Below, one piece after another: positions 25,266 through 38,241 of a stretch of DNA of 64,000 nucleotides. The position numbers and the translations under genes were made by a program. The notes beneath the pieces were generated by a model. That model was not told where the DNA came from. It searched no databases and saw nothing but the letters and a program-made list of their open reading frames with translations. Position 1 is the stretch's first letter, and each line of letters opens with the position of its first letter. The DNA is from Fistulifera solaris (Eukaryota): positions 1,798,001 through 1,862,000 of the forward strand of contig AP026164.1 of NCBI GenBank assembly GCA_030295235.1. The letters run 5' to 3'.

Positions 25266-26088
25266 AACAAAAAACTTTTGTCGTCTCAGATCTAAAACCT
25301 TATCGCACCACACGATGATCATAAAAGTTCGAGTTGTGCATTGCTAGTCATGCTGAAACTGAAGAACTATTACATCTTGATGAAGGAAATAATAAGTGAA
25401 TGGCTAAGTTGAAAATGGATTTTAGGTAAATTAAGTCTAGCAATTAAGCACGGAGAAACGACTCATGACTAAAATGCAGTCTTTGTACTGTTGAGCAAAC
25501 ACTGTGGATCCGATCGGCAAGAATTATCGACGTAAAAAAGTCGGTAGGTTCAATTCACTGATTAATAAAAGTATTTCCATTGGAATAATTCTAATTTGAG
25601 CTTAAAAGATGCTTGCGGGAAAGGAAATTTCGGGATTCATGACTGAAATGCAGTCGTTGAAATAGGTCGCCTACACTTTTCCTCTATTGTAAATACGGAA
25701 TCAAACATTTTCGAAGGATTTCCGACCTATTGCCTAGGTCTACTAATTTTGGAGTCTATTTATAAAAAGAATAATGTTGAAGTTATTTGCACATGGCAAC
25801 CTTTCTAGTAGGATTTGGTTTGCATACTTTGTCGCTCTATGCAAGTACACGGGTTGCATTGAAAGAAGTTTATTTCCGGAGATATTTCTATAAAGTTATT
25901 AATGCGTCTCCTTAATATAGAGTCGGTACTACTATCCTTTACTTTCTTACCGATTCGAACTTTCACCGAAATTCCCCCTCTGAAAACTATCAGGAAAGCA
26001 GCCACAAATTGTCATTGCCTTACAGTACATAATGTTACATGTACGTAGTAATCTCTTTGACTCGGGGATCACATGATGCCGGTAGTAC

Positions 26089-26544
26089 TTATTCGCGGTC
26101 CATTACCGCCTTCTGTGACATGCAAAAACCGCATTTCGGGTAAAGCGTCAATCCAGCTACAGCAACCGCTACCGGAACTTCGTCATTGCACGGAATAGCA
26201 CAGGATAAAACGCCGCAGCAGACGTGGCACTGTCCGTTCAGGATGCTGCAACCATTACATTGCGGTTTAAGTCCAACGCAACAGAACGGAAAGAGTGAAG
26301 GAGCACCAGGCTTGCAGCAAATCTCTGCATTCAAACAGCAGATACCCGCCTGCAACATTAAATGGTTCATTTTATTATCGAATGAGGTGCGATAACGGTT
26401 CATTCTTCATCACCAGTTAGATCTTACCTTCCCCGAGCAACCCAAGCAACCACAACTTGGATACACCGAAAGGTTCACACAGCAAAGCGCACAGCAAAGG
26501 ACAAGTTTGTCTTCGTTGACAGCATCACCACCACAGCAGCACAT
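26089..26544 (-). CDS. Small cysteine-rich protein (125 aa, 25 Cys); intron 26350-26427
   Basis: Exon 1 MCCCGGDAVNEDKLVLCCALCCVNLSVYPSCGCLGCSGK splices in frame (GTAAG..TGCAG) to AGICCLNAEICC...MDRE*. Confidence 0.8.
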
Positions 26545-26659
26545 CGCTAAAAACGTTTTTAAGGGAAACGAATGAATAGAATGGAAGTATCCGAGTGCTT
26601 ATGATTAATCGGCAAACTGCGTATTCTTAAGAAGAACAAATGCAGAACAACAAGGTTTT

Positions 26660-27270
26660 GACACTGGATCCAAGAACTTTGATCCTCTGGGCTTTGCGAC
26701 GGTAAGAAGAGTAGTTGTCGTTCTTCTGATTGCATTGTTATTCAATTTTCTCACATCTGTCGTAGAAAACCCCCGAGTGGCTTCCCTGGTACCGCGAGGC
26801 CGAATTGAAGCACGGCCGTGCCGCTATGTTGGCGGTGGCCGGTTTCGTCGTTCCCGAATTTGTACGCATTCCGGGCGAACAATTCTCCTTCGAATCCATC
26901 CCCAAGGTCATTCAGGCACACGATGCTCTCCCGGAATCGATGATTCAAATTTTCGGCTGGATTTCTTTCCTAGAGGCTTCTTCGTTCGCCGCCTTGGCCA
27001 ACATGAATGAGTTTGATCGCGTACCCGGAGACTTTGGATTCGATCCCCTGAACTTGTACCCCAAAGAAGCGGCCAAGCGAAAGGAAATGCAACTGAAGGA
27101 ATTGAAGGTATGTGGGGTTTTGTAGGATAGCGTTGTTAGTTTGCAGTCGGCTTGGTACTCACTTTAGTATTTTTTTGCGCTTCCAGAACGGTCGCCTTGC
27201 GATGGTTGCTATCGGTGGAATGGTAGCTCAATCTGCTATCACTGGAAATGGCTTCCCCTACCTTGCTTAA
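26660..27270 (+). pseudogene. Light-harvesting fucoxanthin-chlorophyll protein (Lhcr/Lhcz-like), apparently 5'-truncated; introns 26702-26765 and 27108-27186
   Basis: FDPLGFA|KTPEWLPWYREAELKHGRAAMLA...PGDFGFDPLNL...ELK|NGRLAMVAIGG. No in-frame ATG or signal peptide upstream; an in-frame TAA lies near 26607. Confidence 0.8.
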
Positions 27271-27639
27271 ATTCGACGAGCTAAGACTTTTTTTAACCTC
27301 GCGCGCGAGTGCAACTAAGGCTGTAGCGGACAGCTTTTAACCTCTCTTTAGACACTACCTTTTATCGTGGCTAGTATCCTCCGTTCTCCTAGTTTTGTAA
27401 TGAGTCGAGCACAACTTTCATTCAAAAGATCTATAGCAAAAGCCTTTGTCCTTGTTGCCGAAGAATTGAAGCGTCTCGGGCTTTCAGTCAAAAGAAACTC
27501 ATTTCAGGAGTATGCTCGGTGCTTATACTATGTCATGGAGCGCCTATTCAGCTTAAAATGACGTATGAAGAAAAAATTGATGCAATCTTTAGTGTAAGGG
27601 CAAATGAGTCCGTCAATATAGTCCTTGCTGTTGTTGTGA

Positions 27640-29450
27640 ACTGCTTCATCAACATCCTATAGTCACCTTGGCCATGTACACTCCAGGTCGGTTCAATTGC
27701 TTTAGGAGAAACCTTTCCAGCAATCCCTTTGCATTGTTACGATACGTCCCATGCAAATGGGTCGTCTATCCGTCAGAGTCTCCGAAGGACCGGCATTGCA
27801 GAACTACAACAACAAGCAGCCTTTTGATTGACCAATGTAAATGAAGCTCTGAAATAAGGTTGAAGAAACTACGTATAAATATGCAACTACAATAAGACAG
27901 CGTAGTCTTCTTCGGATTCCTCTTAGGCTGCACTGGCCTCGAACAATTGCACAAGCATCACCTTCGCGTGGATTGGAACCTCTTCACACAATTGATCAAT
28001 TTTAGATATGGGCGTTATTGTCATTCACATCCTGAAGGAACTCGTTCACCACACGTCTGTATGATGCGATAGAAAAAGTCCCATAGCGCCGCTGCCACCA
28101 GTGACAATCTTGACGACATTGCCTCTGTTGCAAGCTTTTTTGATTGGTCGTCAATCTTGTTGACAAAGAGGAGCTTGTTAATATTACCACAACGATTCTC
28201 AATTCGAAGTCTGCGGTCGCGAGCAAAAAGCTTTAAAGCCATGCAAATTCAGGCGATAAGAAAATTAGGCCAAATCGTCGTCGTCATCCAGATTATCACC
28301 AAACACAACAAAAGTGTATAAGCCTTCGTAATCTTCCATAGCCCTGAAAATAGTCGGTAAATGAGGTGCCCATTCCAAATACTGACAAGGCGTAGAGCTC
28401 AAATCGAAATGCGATAGCATCGGATTGCCATGGATTGCAAGAAGGACAGCTTCCGCAACACGTGCCAGCTCGTCGAACTCAAAAGGCTCACAATCTCGAA
28501 AAGGTTGCATTCCAAACCGTTCCTACAAATGACGTACTGAGAGGCAAAGTAGCTCAAAATGGCCCAGCTTAGCCACTTGATTCAGAAATGAGACCAAAAA
28601 GCCTCTCTTAATCGATCCAAGGTTCCAGAAAGAACCTCACCGATAGGTCGCCCATCGCAATAGCAAGAGTATCAATTGGCTGAAAAAGAAACCAGTACGC
28701 GTTCTGCAAAACGAACAATTGCTCATAGATCATAGATATCGAGCTGTACTAGGCGTCGTAGATTTCCAGGATTAAAAAAGGTCCCACAAACCAAAGAATG
28801 GAGGTGAACCAAAGGAAGTTTCTCGCTGTCCGAGTGCTTTGATGAAAGCCACACCATCGTCCTCGAATGCAGAACCATCTCGCGCTATTTCCAATCGCAA
28901 CCAGTAAGGTCTTGTGGCTAGAAAAACGGACTGCTCAGCATTCAAGACACCTGTTAGTATCGCATAGTGCCGTTCTTTTTCGAATTTAAGATGGATGCAA
29001 GCAGCGGTAGACGGAAGGCTCCAAAGTCGAAATAGCGTCCTTTGTCCACTCGTAGTGTATATTTCACTTCGACTGAATGCTCAAGGGACCAAAAAAATTT
29101 AGCAGTTTGAGCAATGACAGTACTTGTCTGGCCGTAAATATCACAGAATAGAGTACACAAGTCCCGTCCGACATTGTGCAGTAAAAAGGAAGCTTTGCGC
29201 TGGTAAATAGGTTCGAAATCCTCGTCACTAATGAGAACGACGATGCGGTTCTCCCGCCAGATGGCAATGTTGCCGAGATTCGTCCAATCGAACTCATTGT
29301 GATCAGAGGATTCGCGTAGAAGCTTGTAAACAGGCAGCGAATTCTCCCGAAAGAATTAAGCCTTTTGCTAACGCGACAGACGGAGAGAATGAACTGTGAA
29401 TGTTCTTCGGTAGGTTCAATTTCAGAAGAGTGAACCTCGCGGGCTCGCAA
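27640..29450 (-). pseudogene. Degraded member of a lineage-expanded RNI/LRR-like hypothetical protein family
   Basis: Broken ORFs 29064-29450, 28954-29160, 28265-28510 and 28021-28242 with motifs IYGQTSTVIAQTAKFFWSL, LAIHGNPMLSHFDLS, HLPTIFRAMED. Many stops and frameshifts. Family identity recalled, not searched. Confidence 0.5.
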
Positions 29451-29886
29451 GTATTGTTCCTCGTTCCTCGGTCACTAACAAGTAGAGAAAATGGCTGTTA
29501 TGTGTGCATGATAAGAACGACCACGCTCAGTACGTAATGTAAAACACAAAATCTGTCGGTACGGTACCCATGATCCCGGTGAGACACACGACTTACTGCG
29601 ACACCATGCTTCTGTACCGCTGCGCTTCATTGACTCTCATAAAATGTAGAATCAGTACCGCGTCTGTGTTCCGAGTTGCTTTGCCGTCAAAAGTTTGGTA
29701 CTGGTAAAGCGCGCAAAAGAACGACAACACGACAACACGACAACGAGGAACTCCGCAGTCGTCACATTCCGGTGGTTGTTCAACGCACTGATTGTTGTTT
29801 GGAAGAGGAAAACGGATTTTTTTGGTTACAGTGCTCAAAGGAATTACTATTGGAAGGGGAAAAGTCAACGAAAATCAGATCGCAAG

Positions 29887-30763
29887 ATGAATTGGTTTGG
29901 AAAGAAGAAAACAACCGCACCTACAACGGTTTCAGCCACTTCGACGGCACGACCCGCGGATCCGCAAACAACAATCGTTACGTTACGCGAGACTATTGCG
30001 AATCAAGAAAAGCGGTACGTGATACTCAAGAAATGATTTAGATTTTTTTCTTTGATGTAATGAGAGAATACGGCGTTTACTTGAACTACAACACAGCTCA
30101 AACTTTCTTCTTGGTTTGTAATCTAATATTTTTGTAGGGAAGAACACATTGCTCGCAAAATGGAGCAGATGGTGCAAGAAGCAAAAGTCAAAATGGCAAA
30201 AGGAGACAAAAGGGTAAGTCGGGCGTCAAAGACTTTCTCGAGGATGCATGAAAATTTTGTTCATAGTCTGATGCCCCTTGCGTTTTCAAGGTGCTTTATT
30301 TGCAATGAAACGAAAGAAATTGTTTGAAGCCGAGATTGACAAGATCCAAAACGTAAAAATGACACTGGAAACGCAGGTGATTAGTTTGGAATCTGCTGCG
30401 CAAAACGCGCAGACGTTTAAAGCCATGGAGACCGGTTCGAAGACGATGAAGAAAATACGTACGGAGGTGGGAATTGAAATGGTGGACGACATTATGGACG
30501 AAATCAAGGAAGAAATGGAAATGGCTAATGAAATCAATGAGGCGATTTCTCAACCAGTAGATCCACTCATGGCTGACGACGACGAATTGTTGGAGGAGCT
30601 CAATGCCTTGGAATCAGCAGACTTGGAGGCTGAACTACTGGCTCCGCCCACCAAAGTCAGCGACTTTTCACTACCCACGGTTCCAGACTCCAAGCTCCCT
30701 GCCTTGGAACAAAAAGAAGCAGACGATCTCAAAGCGTTGGAAGCGGAACTCGCGGGCCTATAA
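29887..30763 (+). CDS. SNF7: ESCRT-III subunit SNF7/CHMP4/Vps32; two introns (~30015-30137, ~30214-30290)
   Basis: MNWFGKKK, LRETIANQEKR|EEHI, GALFAMKRKKLFEAEIDKIQNVKMTLETQVISLESA, DDELLEEL, acidic tail LKALEAEL. Confidence 0.92.
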
Positions 30764-30929
30764 GAATCATCAACAACTTAGTCAAATAAAAACTTATAAA
30801 ACTTTTGTGAACTTAGTTCGTCATACTTATTTGTATCACTTCCTGTGTGAGAAAACCGACGCAGACTTTTATTAGATGCTTTCTCCGGTCCAGAAAGTGT
30901 AGCTTATAGTCGTCGGTGTCGCTCATCGA

Positions 30930-32101
30930 TCATATTCTCAATCTGGTCACAACGATTGACATGTCATCGCGATAAGCACCCATCATCTTGACACTCCAGC
31001 TCCGCTGAGCGTCATCGAGCAATTGTTTCACAAGTTTGGACAGTCCCACTCCTTTCTTTAATGCGTTTCCGAGCTTTGTCAAAAGTACATCTTGGTCTAT
31101 TTCGTCAATGAGCCCATCGGACGCAACCACAAGATAGTAAAAGAGTTACCACCACCCAACGCAGGAGATAGATCTTTCGCAACAATACTCGGTTCAGCTA
31201 TCAAGTATCCAGGAGCTTTCCCATCAAAGTCACCAATACATCGTGACATGGCCAGAGCCATCTCGCCTAACCTGGTTTTATATAGAACCCGACTGGTTAG
31301 TTCACTATCTTCCGGTACTAACACTATTCCGCCCACTGCTTCAATACGTGCCCGCTCCAAAGGATCCGCAGGCTTATGTTTGAGGGCCTCCAAGACTACC
31401 TCTGACGTTCCGTCTTGATATTTTACGAGCATCCCAGTCGAATCGCCAGTCGAGGCCAAATACACTTTTGTTCCTATTCTCCAAGCAATGACAGCGGAAG
31501 TCCCTCCATCCGTCACAGTTTGAATTTCTGGAGAAGCATCGGTTTCGAGAAAGGATTCGCGTATCCTTTGTTCTACTTTATTTGTTGTGGACTTCAACAA
31601 TCGAAAGGGCAAGTCGCGCAAGGCACGGTCCGCTACCACGTGACCATTCTCCCCGTGACCATCAAAGAGTGCCGCCAGAGTCATTTGATCCGATTCCAAC
31701 AACAAGCACCGATCTTGATTGGGGAGACCCATTTTGAATCCTTTCTGCGTGACAATATGAGATAGTTCCGACGCACGAATATACCGGTCGGTGTCTTTTT
31801 CTTGAGGGAATGAGAGCCGGCATGGACTTGCTGAAGTACAAAAAGTTCCTTTGGAGTACTGATACTCAGGATGAAATAAAGGATCTGAATTTTTGTCGTT
31901 ATAACTCAAAAGAGGTTGACTCCACGTCGAATAACGATTCGTCTTGGTCGACAGAACCGACCACCACCAAAGATATGACAGTACGAGCCACAAAATTATA
32001 ACAGCGATCCGAAAAACTGGAGCCATCCATTTCTTATGCCTGGCTTTTAATGATATTGATGTCATGGGATCATTCCTAGTTCGATTATCATTTTTTATCA
32101 T
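30930..32101 (-). CDS. PP2C-family protein phosphatase with N-terminal TM anchor; frameshift near 31135
   Basis: PNQDR, LFDGHG..G, GGTSA, STGDS, LAMSRCIGD, VASDGL, YRDDMSIVV. Confidence 0.9.
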
Positions 32102-32344
32102 TATTTGATGGATTCGAATGTCGTTAGAGCAATTTTGCTTGTGGCCTCTAAAAAAAGAAGTTCTTCGCTTGTAAAACAATGCCGTACCGGTACTAAGCTG
32201 AACCATTGACGTGCTTATCTAGATTGAATTGATGGTAATAAGGTAAATATATACACCGCGCTGTAGCATAAGCAAAAGGAGGCGAAAGGAACGGTAGCTA
32301 AGAAAGTCTGCAGGGTTGTGCGGCAAGCAGGAATCTCCTCAATC

Positions 32345-33138
32345 TTAAGCTCTACAGAGTTCGATTGTTTTTAGAGTGCCTCGCATACAACACAGTTCAG
32401 AGCCTATCAATTTGGTGATAACATTTCCTGCCGTTACCTCGAAAACCATGGAGGATGGAATACTTTGCGAATCTACTGCTTCGAAGCCGAAGTTTTGTTG
32501 ATACCATTTGGATGTTGTCGTCAAAGTCAATAAATAGATTGATGATGGGAGAGAAGGAGAGCCTGCGTCAATAAGCCGCCTTTTGAGGACGCGCCTCACA
32601 AGCTCTCTTCCAATCCCTTGTTTCCGATACGCAGGATCAACATACACAGACGACAATTCATAGAGTTGCAACCCTTTCCGATCCTTTTCTCGTACAGTCC
32701 GAATCTGTTCCCTTCGTTTCTCCCTGTCGCGAACCGCTTTTGCATCTGCTGATATTCTTTGGTCCATGGAAGTGACGCTAGACCGTTGGGGATCTGAACA
32801 AAATTATCTTGCTCAAAATCATCCCACATGTCATCGTCGACTTCTTGTTCCAAATCATAAGAACCAGGGCGCGCATCGTAACGCGCAGGATCTTGCATCA
32901 TCAGACTTTTCATGGGCTTAAGTTGCGCCCAACCAACGAGCTCATCATTCGCAGTAGTGGCTACAATAAATCGATCAATTTGGATATCGAGAGGATTCAT
33001 TAGTTGCCTGGCGAGTGTAGTAGCGATTTGGAGCCGGTGCCTTGTTTGCCCTGGCTGATAACAGACGCGTGACGACAAGCCATTGATGCGTAATATGTAG
33101 CAAAAGAGTAATATCAATACTTGTTTAGTATAAATCAT
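32345..33138 (-). CDS. GNAT acetyltransferase-domain protein with signal peptide; frameshift near 32740
   Basis: LVGWAQL, ELSSVYVDPAYRKQGIGRELV (acetyl-CoA-binding motif A), IYLLT, WYQQNFGF. Confidence 0.8.
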
Positions 33139-33761
33139 AGACAGATTGCAAGCAGATTTCATCCTCTTTTGTTACTCTTTATCGACAACGTTTCCGCGGA
33201 AAAACATAATGGAAGCGGCGCGTCGTGAACCGACACAAGTATTTAAGTCACGAGTAATGAGTAATGAGACGGTGCAACGTTTCCAAACAGTCGTGCCTGT
33301 TGACGGCAAGACGCTCGTCATTAACATTTTTTTTACGGTGTGTGTCTACAGTAGATGAAAAGAGAAGTGTGTGCCGGCGCGATAACTATCTCTGATCACA
33401 AACCAAGTTGGACAAGACTGGCTCTCTCTATACAAGATTGTACAATGATTACTTTACTTAGGGAGTAGTGTCAATTTTGATAGCGCTAATATCTTAAATA
33501 AGTGTTGGCTGACGTGCAACCGCCAATTTTCCAATGCCAATTAGAAGCTCGGGCAACTCTTTTCGCATCTTTCCATCGCTCTTCGGTATTTGTTTGTTTC
33601 AACCGAGAGATCAAGAAAGGCTTGTATTGTGCAAGTTAAACAATCCAAGCTATAACGCAGTTGTGTAAATGCCAAGTAGTCCCTTGTTACAGTGAGCATT
33701 ATTACTTTCTTGTCATTGAACGGGCCACAATCGCAAGAGGAATAAACTGTTATACAAAATT

Positions 33762-35500
33762 ATGAGAGACATCGTACAATCTGCACTGCTTATATCATTT
33801 CTCATCCTTCCAATTGAGGCGACTGTGATAAATAATAACACTATGGACATTTCAATCGATGGACAGATGACAGAAAGGGATTTCTCAAATCCATTTGAAC
33901 GACTCGAACACTTTCGAGAGTACACGAAAGAAGAAAGTCCTCGTCGCAAAGACAGAATGAGAGAGAGGCGACTGCGAGCGGAGGAAGCGTTCCGAAGATT
34001 GCCACAGCCTTCTCCTGACAAACTGGAACGCTTGACGGAAGAAGAAGTTTCCAATCTACGAAAAAAGAACCGTGAATTGAGCTGGTTTAGTTCCAACGCC
34101 GATGCGGATCCTTACGCGACAAGTGTTTTGGCCGATCCTTCGCAAGAGTACGACAAATGGGCACAAGCATACCGCATGCTTGGTGGCTTTATCGATTGTG
34201 ATCACAAAAAGACAGGCAACAATCATCACAGTCAAGATAACAATAAAAACAATGATGACAAATCCTGTTCGAGATGGATGATGTGGGCAGCAGTAAGTAC
34301 AGACCAACGTTGAATGAACATGCTTTTGAATCGTTGATACTAACCAATGTTCGCACACAGTACGTCAACCCTAACTATCAAGGAAACGAGTACGATGAGT
34401 ATTATGGTGATAATCCTACAAGTGTCTTGGACTGTCATAGCCCCGATACGGAATGGAAGTTGTTGGGTGTTTACCGGCAGGAATTCTACCAGTACATCGA
34501 ACAGATCTCGAAGCATCTTTGGGCGATTGACGAGTACGAATACATTGTAGCGTTAGCAGGCCTAGCGTACATGACAAATGCTGATTGCTTTCAAGTAGGA
34601 AAGGACTCCAGTGGAAATGCAATTTACGCTGGTGTGGCGCCTCAGCCTTATGGCAAGTTCCAAATGGCACTCTATACCGACGTGTACTGCTTGACGCCAA
34701 ATAACAATCTGGGCAAGACATACGACGATTACAACTTGCAAACAAACATCGATCTAGGCTCGAAAGACAAAACGGACGATGACACCTACGCCTGGGCCTA
34801 CGACGATTGGTACAGCACCCAGGAATATACTCTGACAAACCTCAATAACGTGTACGAAGAGTACAAATATTGTACATCGTGTGTGGATTATCCAACGTAC
34901 CAGGATGGATACTTCATAGGTGACAAGGGAACCGATGACGACGACCTTATCAACCAGTGTTGGAAATTTTATTCGCACAATTCGTACACATGCGAAGCTG
35001 AATGCATTGCCATGGCACATGCTCAGGGAACCATCCTTTCGTTGAAATATGGCGATGCTACTTTCGGGAGGGCGACGCAGGGTTTCTACCAGCACGTGAG
35101 CGAATCTGTGAAGAGATCACCAGAAGAGTCGCCGGTGGCTCGATTACTGGCGAACGCATTTTTGACGTTCTCCTTCTTGCTGTTTATCGCAACTTTCCTC
35201 GCCTTTGCGGTAGCGAGGCGATCAAGGTACCGAGAAAGCAGAAGCGCACGATCTCGTCGTCTACTGGATGATGAGGACGGTGCTCGCAGCCGCCGGTCGA
35301 GGCGCTCTAAGTCTCGAGCCGAAGAGGGTGATGGACTATTTAAAAGTTCATCGAGTCGAAAGAGTAGTAGTAGAACGCGAAAGAGCAGCAGCAGAAGTAC
35401 CTCGAAGAGTAAAAGGAGGTTATCAACACCGAAAGCCTCATACGAGCCGCCTTCCTACGGCGGTAGACCCGACCCTTCAGCAGGTGAAAGCTATATTTAG
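33762..35500 (+). CDS. Diatom-type type I membrane protein (signal peptide, RxL motif, Cys/Tyr/Asp-rich luminal domain, TM, Arg/Ser-rich tail); intron 34293-34360
   Basis: In-frame splice WAA|YVNPNY; motifs YRMLGGFIDC, LDCH, ALYTDVYC; TM FLTFSFLLFIATFLAFAVA followed by an RS-rich tail. Confidence 0.8.
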
Positions 35501-35748
35501 TTCTAGGGAGGCGCTAACAAAAAGCTGCTACTCTTTTTTCTGTCTGTATTTACTTTCTTACCATCTATCTAAGATTTTTAATCTGTAAATATTTGTGTAG
35601 CTCTTGCTATGTGCCGTGAAAGCGTAAAACATGCATGATTTTTTCAAAATTGACTTAAAGCGGCAGCTAAGCATTCCCACCGATACTGAAGATCGCAAAG
35701 CTTTACACGAAATCTAAATATAAAAGACTAGAGGATAATATTTCATTA

Positions 35749-36293
35749 CTATGATGAAGATGTTTGTGTAGCAGGGCCTCTTCCACCGGAACGCCCTCGT
35801 CCAGCAGCAGTTCTACCACGTCCCGCTCCAGTTCCTCTACCAGTGCTTAGTCCAGAGCGTCCTCGACCCCGTCCACCTCGGCCAGCGCTGTTGTCAAAGC
35901 GCCCACGACCGCGACCGCCACCACGTCCAGCAGGAGAGCGCTGGGCTTGTTCTTTCTCGTCCTCCACGGCCTTATCTAGCGCTGCATCCGAAAGACGTAA
36001 ATATTTGATTGCAGATCCTCGAATGTAGCATGAAGGTAGCTTCCAGAATCGTTCACCGGTGGCAGAAGTACAGATCACATCGGTAAGGTTCATATTCATC
36101 CACGCATCGCAAGTCCCCAATCTTCCATTGTAAGTCGTTCCGTCTTTTAATTCCACCAAAAGAGGGGATCCTGCAGCGGCACGAAGAAGTGACAGCGGAA
36201 GCTAAAAGATGAAAAAAAGAATATAAAGAGTGAGTGAATATTTTCAAAAATTGTGAATCTCTTGCGCTCCGTTTTGACTTCGTCGCGTACCAT
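35749..36293 (-). CDS. LSM4: U6 snRNA-associated Sm-like protein LSm4; exon 1 is the ATG only, intron 36202-36290
   Basis: M|LPLSLLRAA..PLLVELKDGTTYNG.L..CDAWMNMNL.DVICTS..G.RFWKLP.CYIRG..IKYLR; RGG-rich tail. Confidence 0.95.
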
Positions 36294-36908
36294 ATTTAGC
36301 CGACTATAAACAAATATCTACTGATCGATTTCTTTCACTACGACGCGAAACTGTGCCTTTTTCTCTCCTCGAGAAAGCTTTGTGAGAATAGAACTTCGGG
36401 TGAGTGTGGTATTGTAATTAAGTAAAGTAATGTGCGTTTGTAGGGAAATGTCATGGTCGACGAGCGAGATTTGCTGTTATTTTTGTTGTCCGTGTCCTTT
36501 GTTTTTCGGCAGCAATTCAGTCGGATAAATTCGTGTTTCATCAATCACATAGTGAACAGTACTAATCAAATACTTAGCCGGATTGTTCTATATCTAGTCA
36601 AATCCATCGATGTCTGGTTGTTAAGTAAGAAGTATGGATTGATCTTTTACTTAGAAAGGTCATTAAATAATCCCACAAATAGATAGACAATGTCGTTTTG
36701 CACTACGAACCAGAAAAATGAAAAGCGTACTCGTCACGATCGCTACTTGCTGACTGGTGGCGCCTTGCGCTAAAAGAAAATCTCCACCATGGGCATCTTT
36801 CACCAGGCCTTCCACTCTTTACATGCTTTGCACAATCTTCCATAGAGCCTTTTTATAGTTATATTCCGACGTTCACGTAGTCTCAAGTCATTCCTTACGA
36901 GAACAGGC

Positions 36909-38071
36909 ATGTCCGAGTGTTTGTCAATTTTTCAGTGTCAGTCTTGTTGTTTTATTGAAGAAACCATCATGCATCCAAGGGCTTCTGCTTCTCGGCGATC
37001 GCTGGACAACACTTCGGACATGGCCTTGCGTTCCAGGTCCGTGGAACGTTTCTCAGGCCAAGAGGGTGCGGACGGAACAAAGAACATGCACCCGACCGTC
37101 GAGAAGATGCCCATTCAGAGGTCGATGAGCGATCCTTTTGATACACAAGAAGATGCGGCAACGGTAGGAATCAGCGAGGAATCGGATGAAAACAGTGTCG
37201 CTGCTTCTCGTACTCGGACCATGTCGAAGGATATGAATCTTGCCACTATGCCACGCTATCCGCACCACGAATCAAAGGACCGGAACACGTTCAGTGAACC
37301 TCCCATTTCCATATTCACGGTCCGTGGTCCACATTACTTTCAGGATAAGAAGAAAGTGCCCAGTGGCCCCTATTTGCTACCCGGCAGAGGTTGCGATTTG
37401 CTATTGGTGGACGAAAATCAGCATGTCGATCTCCGAGAGAGGTGAGTGCAAAATATTCATTACTTTGAATTGATTGCTTTCTTTCCTTGACTAATACAAA
37501 TTGTCTCTTTATCAACAGAACTCGCAATATCATGGGAGGGCAGCTCCGGAAGCGTCCTACATTGGCGATCAATTTTAAATTTCCATGGGGTTACATGAAT
37601 CTTTATTTTGAAGTACCGGATCGGTTGGCACCTTACATGAGTCCCTCTGTCACGCTGGCGAGCGGTTCGTCTTTTAATCCAGCGGAAAAATCACTGATAG
37701 CGTGGTTCCAAGGCGACCAGGAATATCGAAACGAACGACTGAAATTGATTCCTTTTGTAGCCGAAGGACCCTGGGTGGTGCGGAATATGGTGACGGGGCG
37801 TCCTGCCATTATTGGTAAAAAATTACCCGTCACATATGATTTGATGGTGGGCACCGAGACAGAGGCCCCGCTTCTCATGGCAACACTGGACATTGGGAGC
37901 AGCAGCGCGACAGCGAAACGAATTGTCTCCGTGTGTCGTCGCTACATGAGTTCCTTGACGGTTGATATTGGTTTTGTGATTCAAGCCGAAGAAGTATCTC
38001 AGCTACCGGAACAGATGATGGGATCCATCCGTGTGCATCATGCGGATCCACTCAAGGCGCCTAAATTATAA
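36909..38071 (+). CDS. EDR2 C-terminal (DUF1336) domain protein; intron ~37442-37518
   Basis: FTVRGPHYFQDKKKVPS, RNERLKLIP.V.EGPWVVR, LDIGSSS, VDIGFVIQA...LPEQMMG. Confidence 0.85.
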
Positions 38072-38241
38072 ATCTAGTAATTATAATGAACATACTTTCA
38101 CTATCTAATGTTGATGATTGAACATTACTTCGTCTTCTATAGCTAGCTATACTCTATGAAATCGACCAAACTACTCTGCGAATCCCCAATGAATATGGAG
38201 TGACACGCTGGCAATCAAAGGTATGATCTTCGAGGCGAGCA

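Noticed and set aside
25013..25322. ORFs with VPVPV/YRYRY low-complexity peptides
   Set aside because: Translation artefacts of the GGTACC simple repeat.
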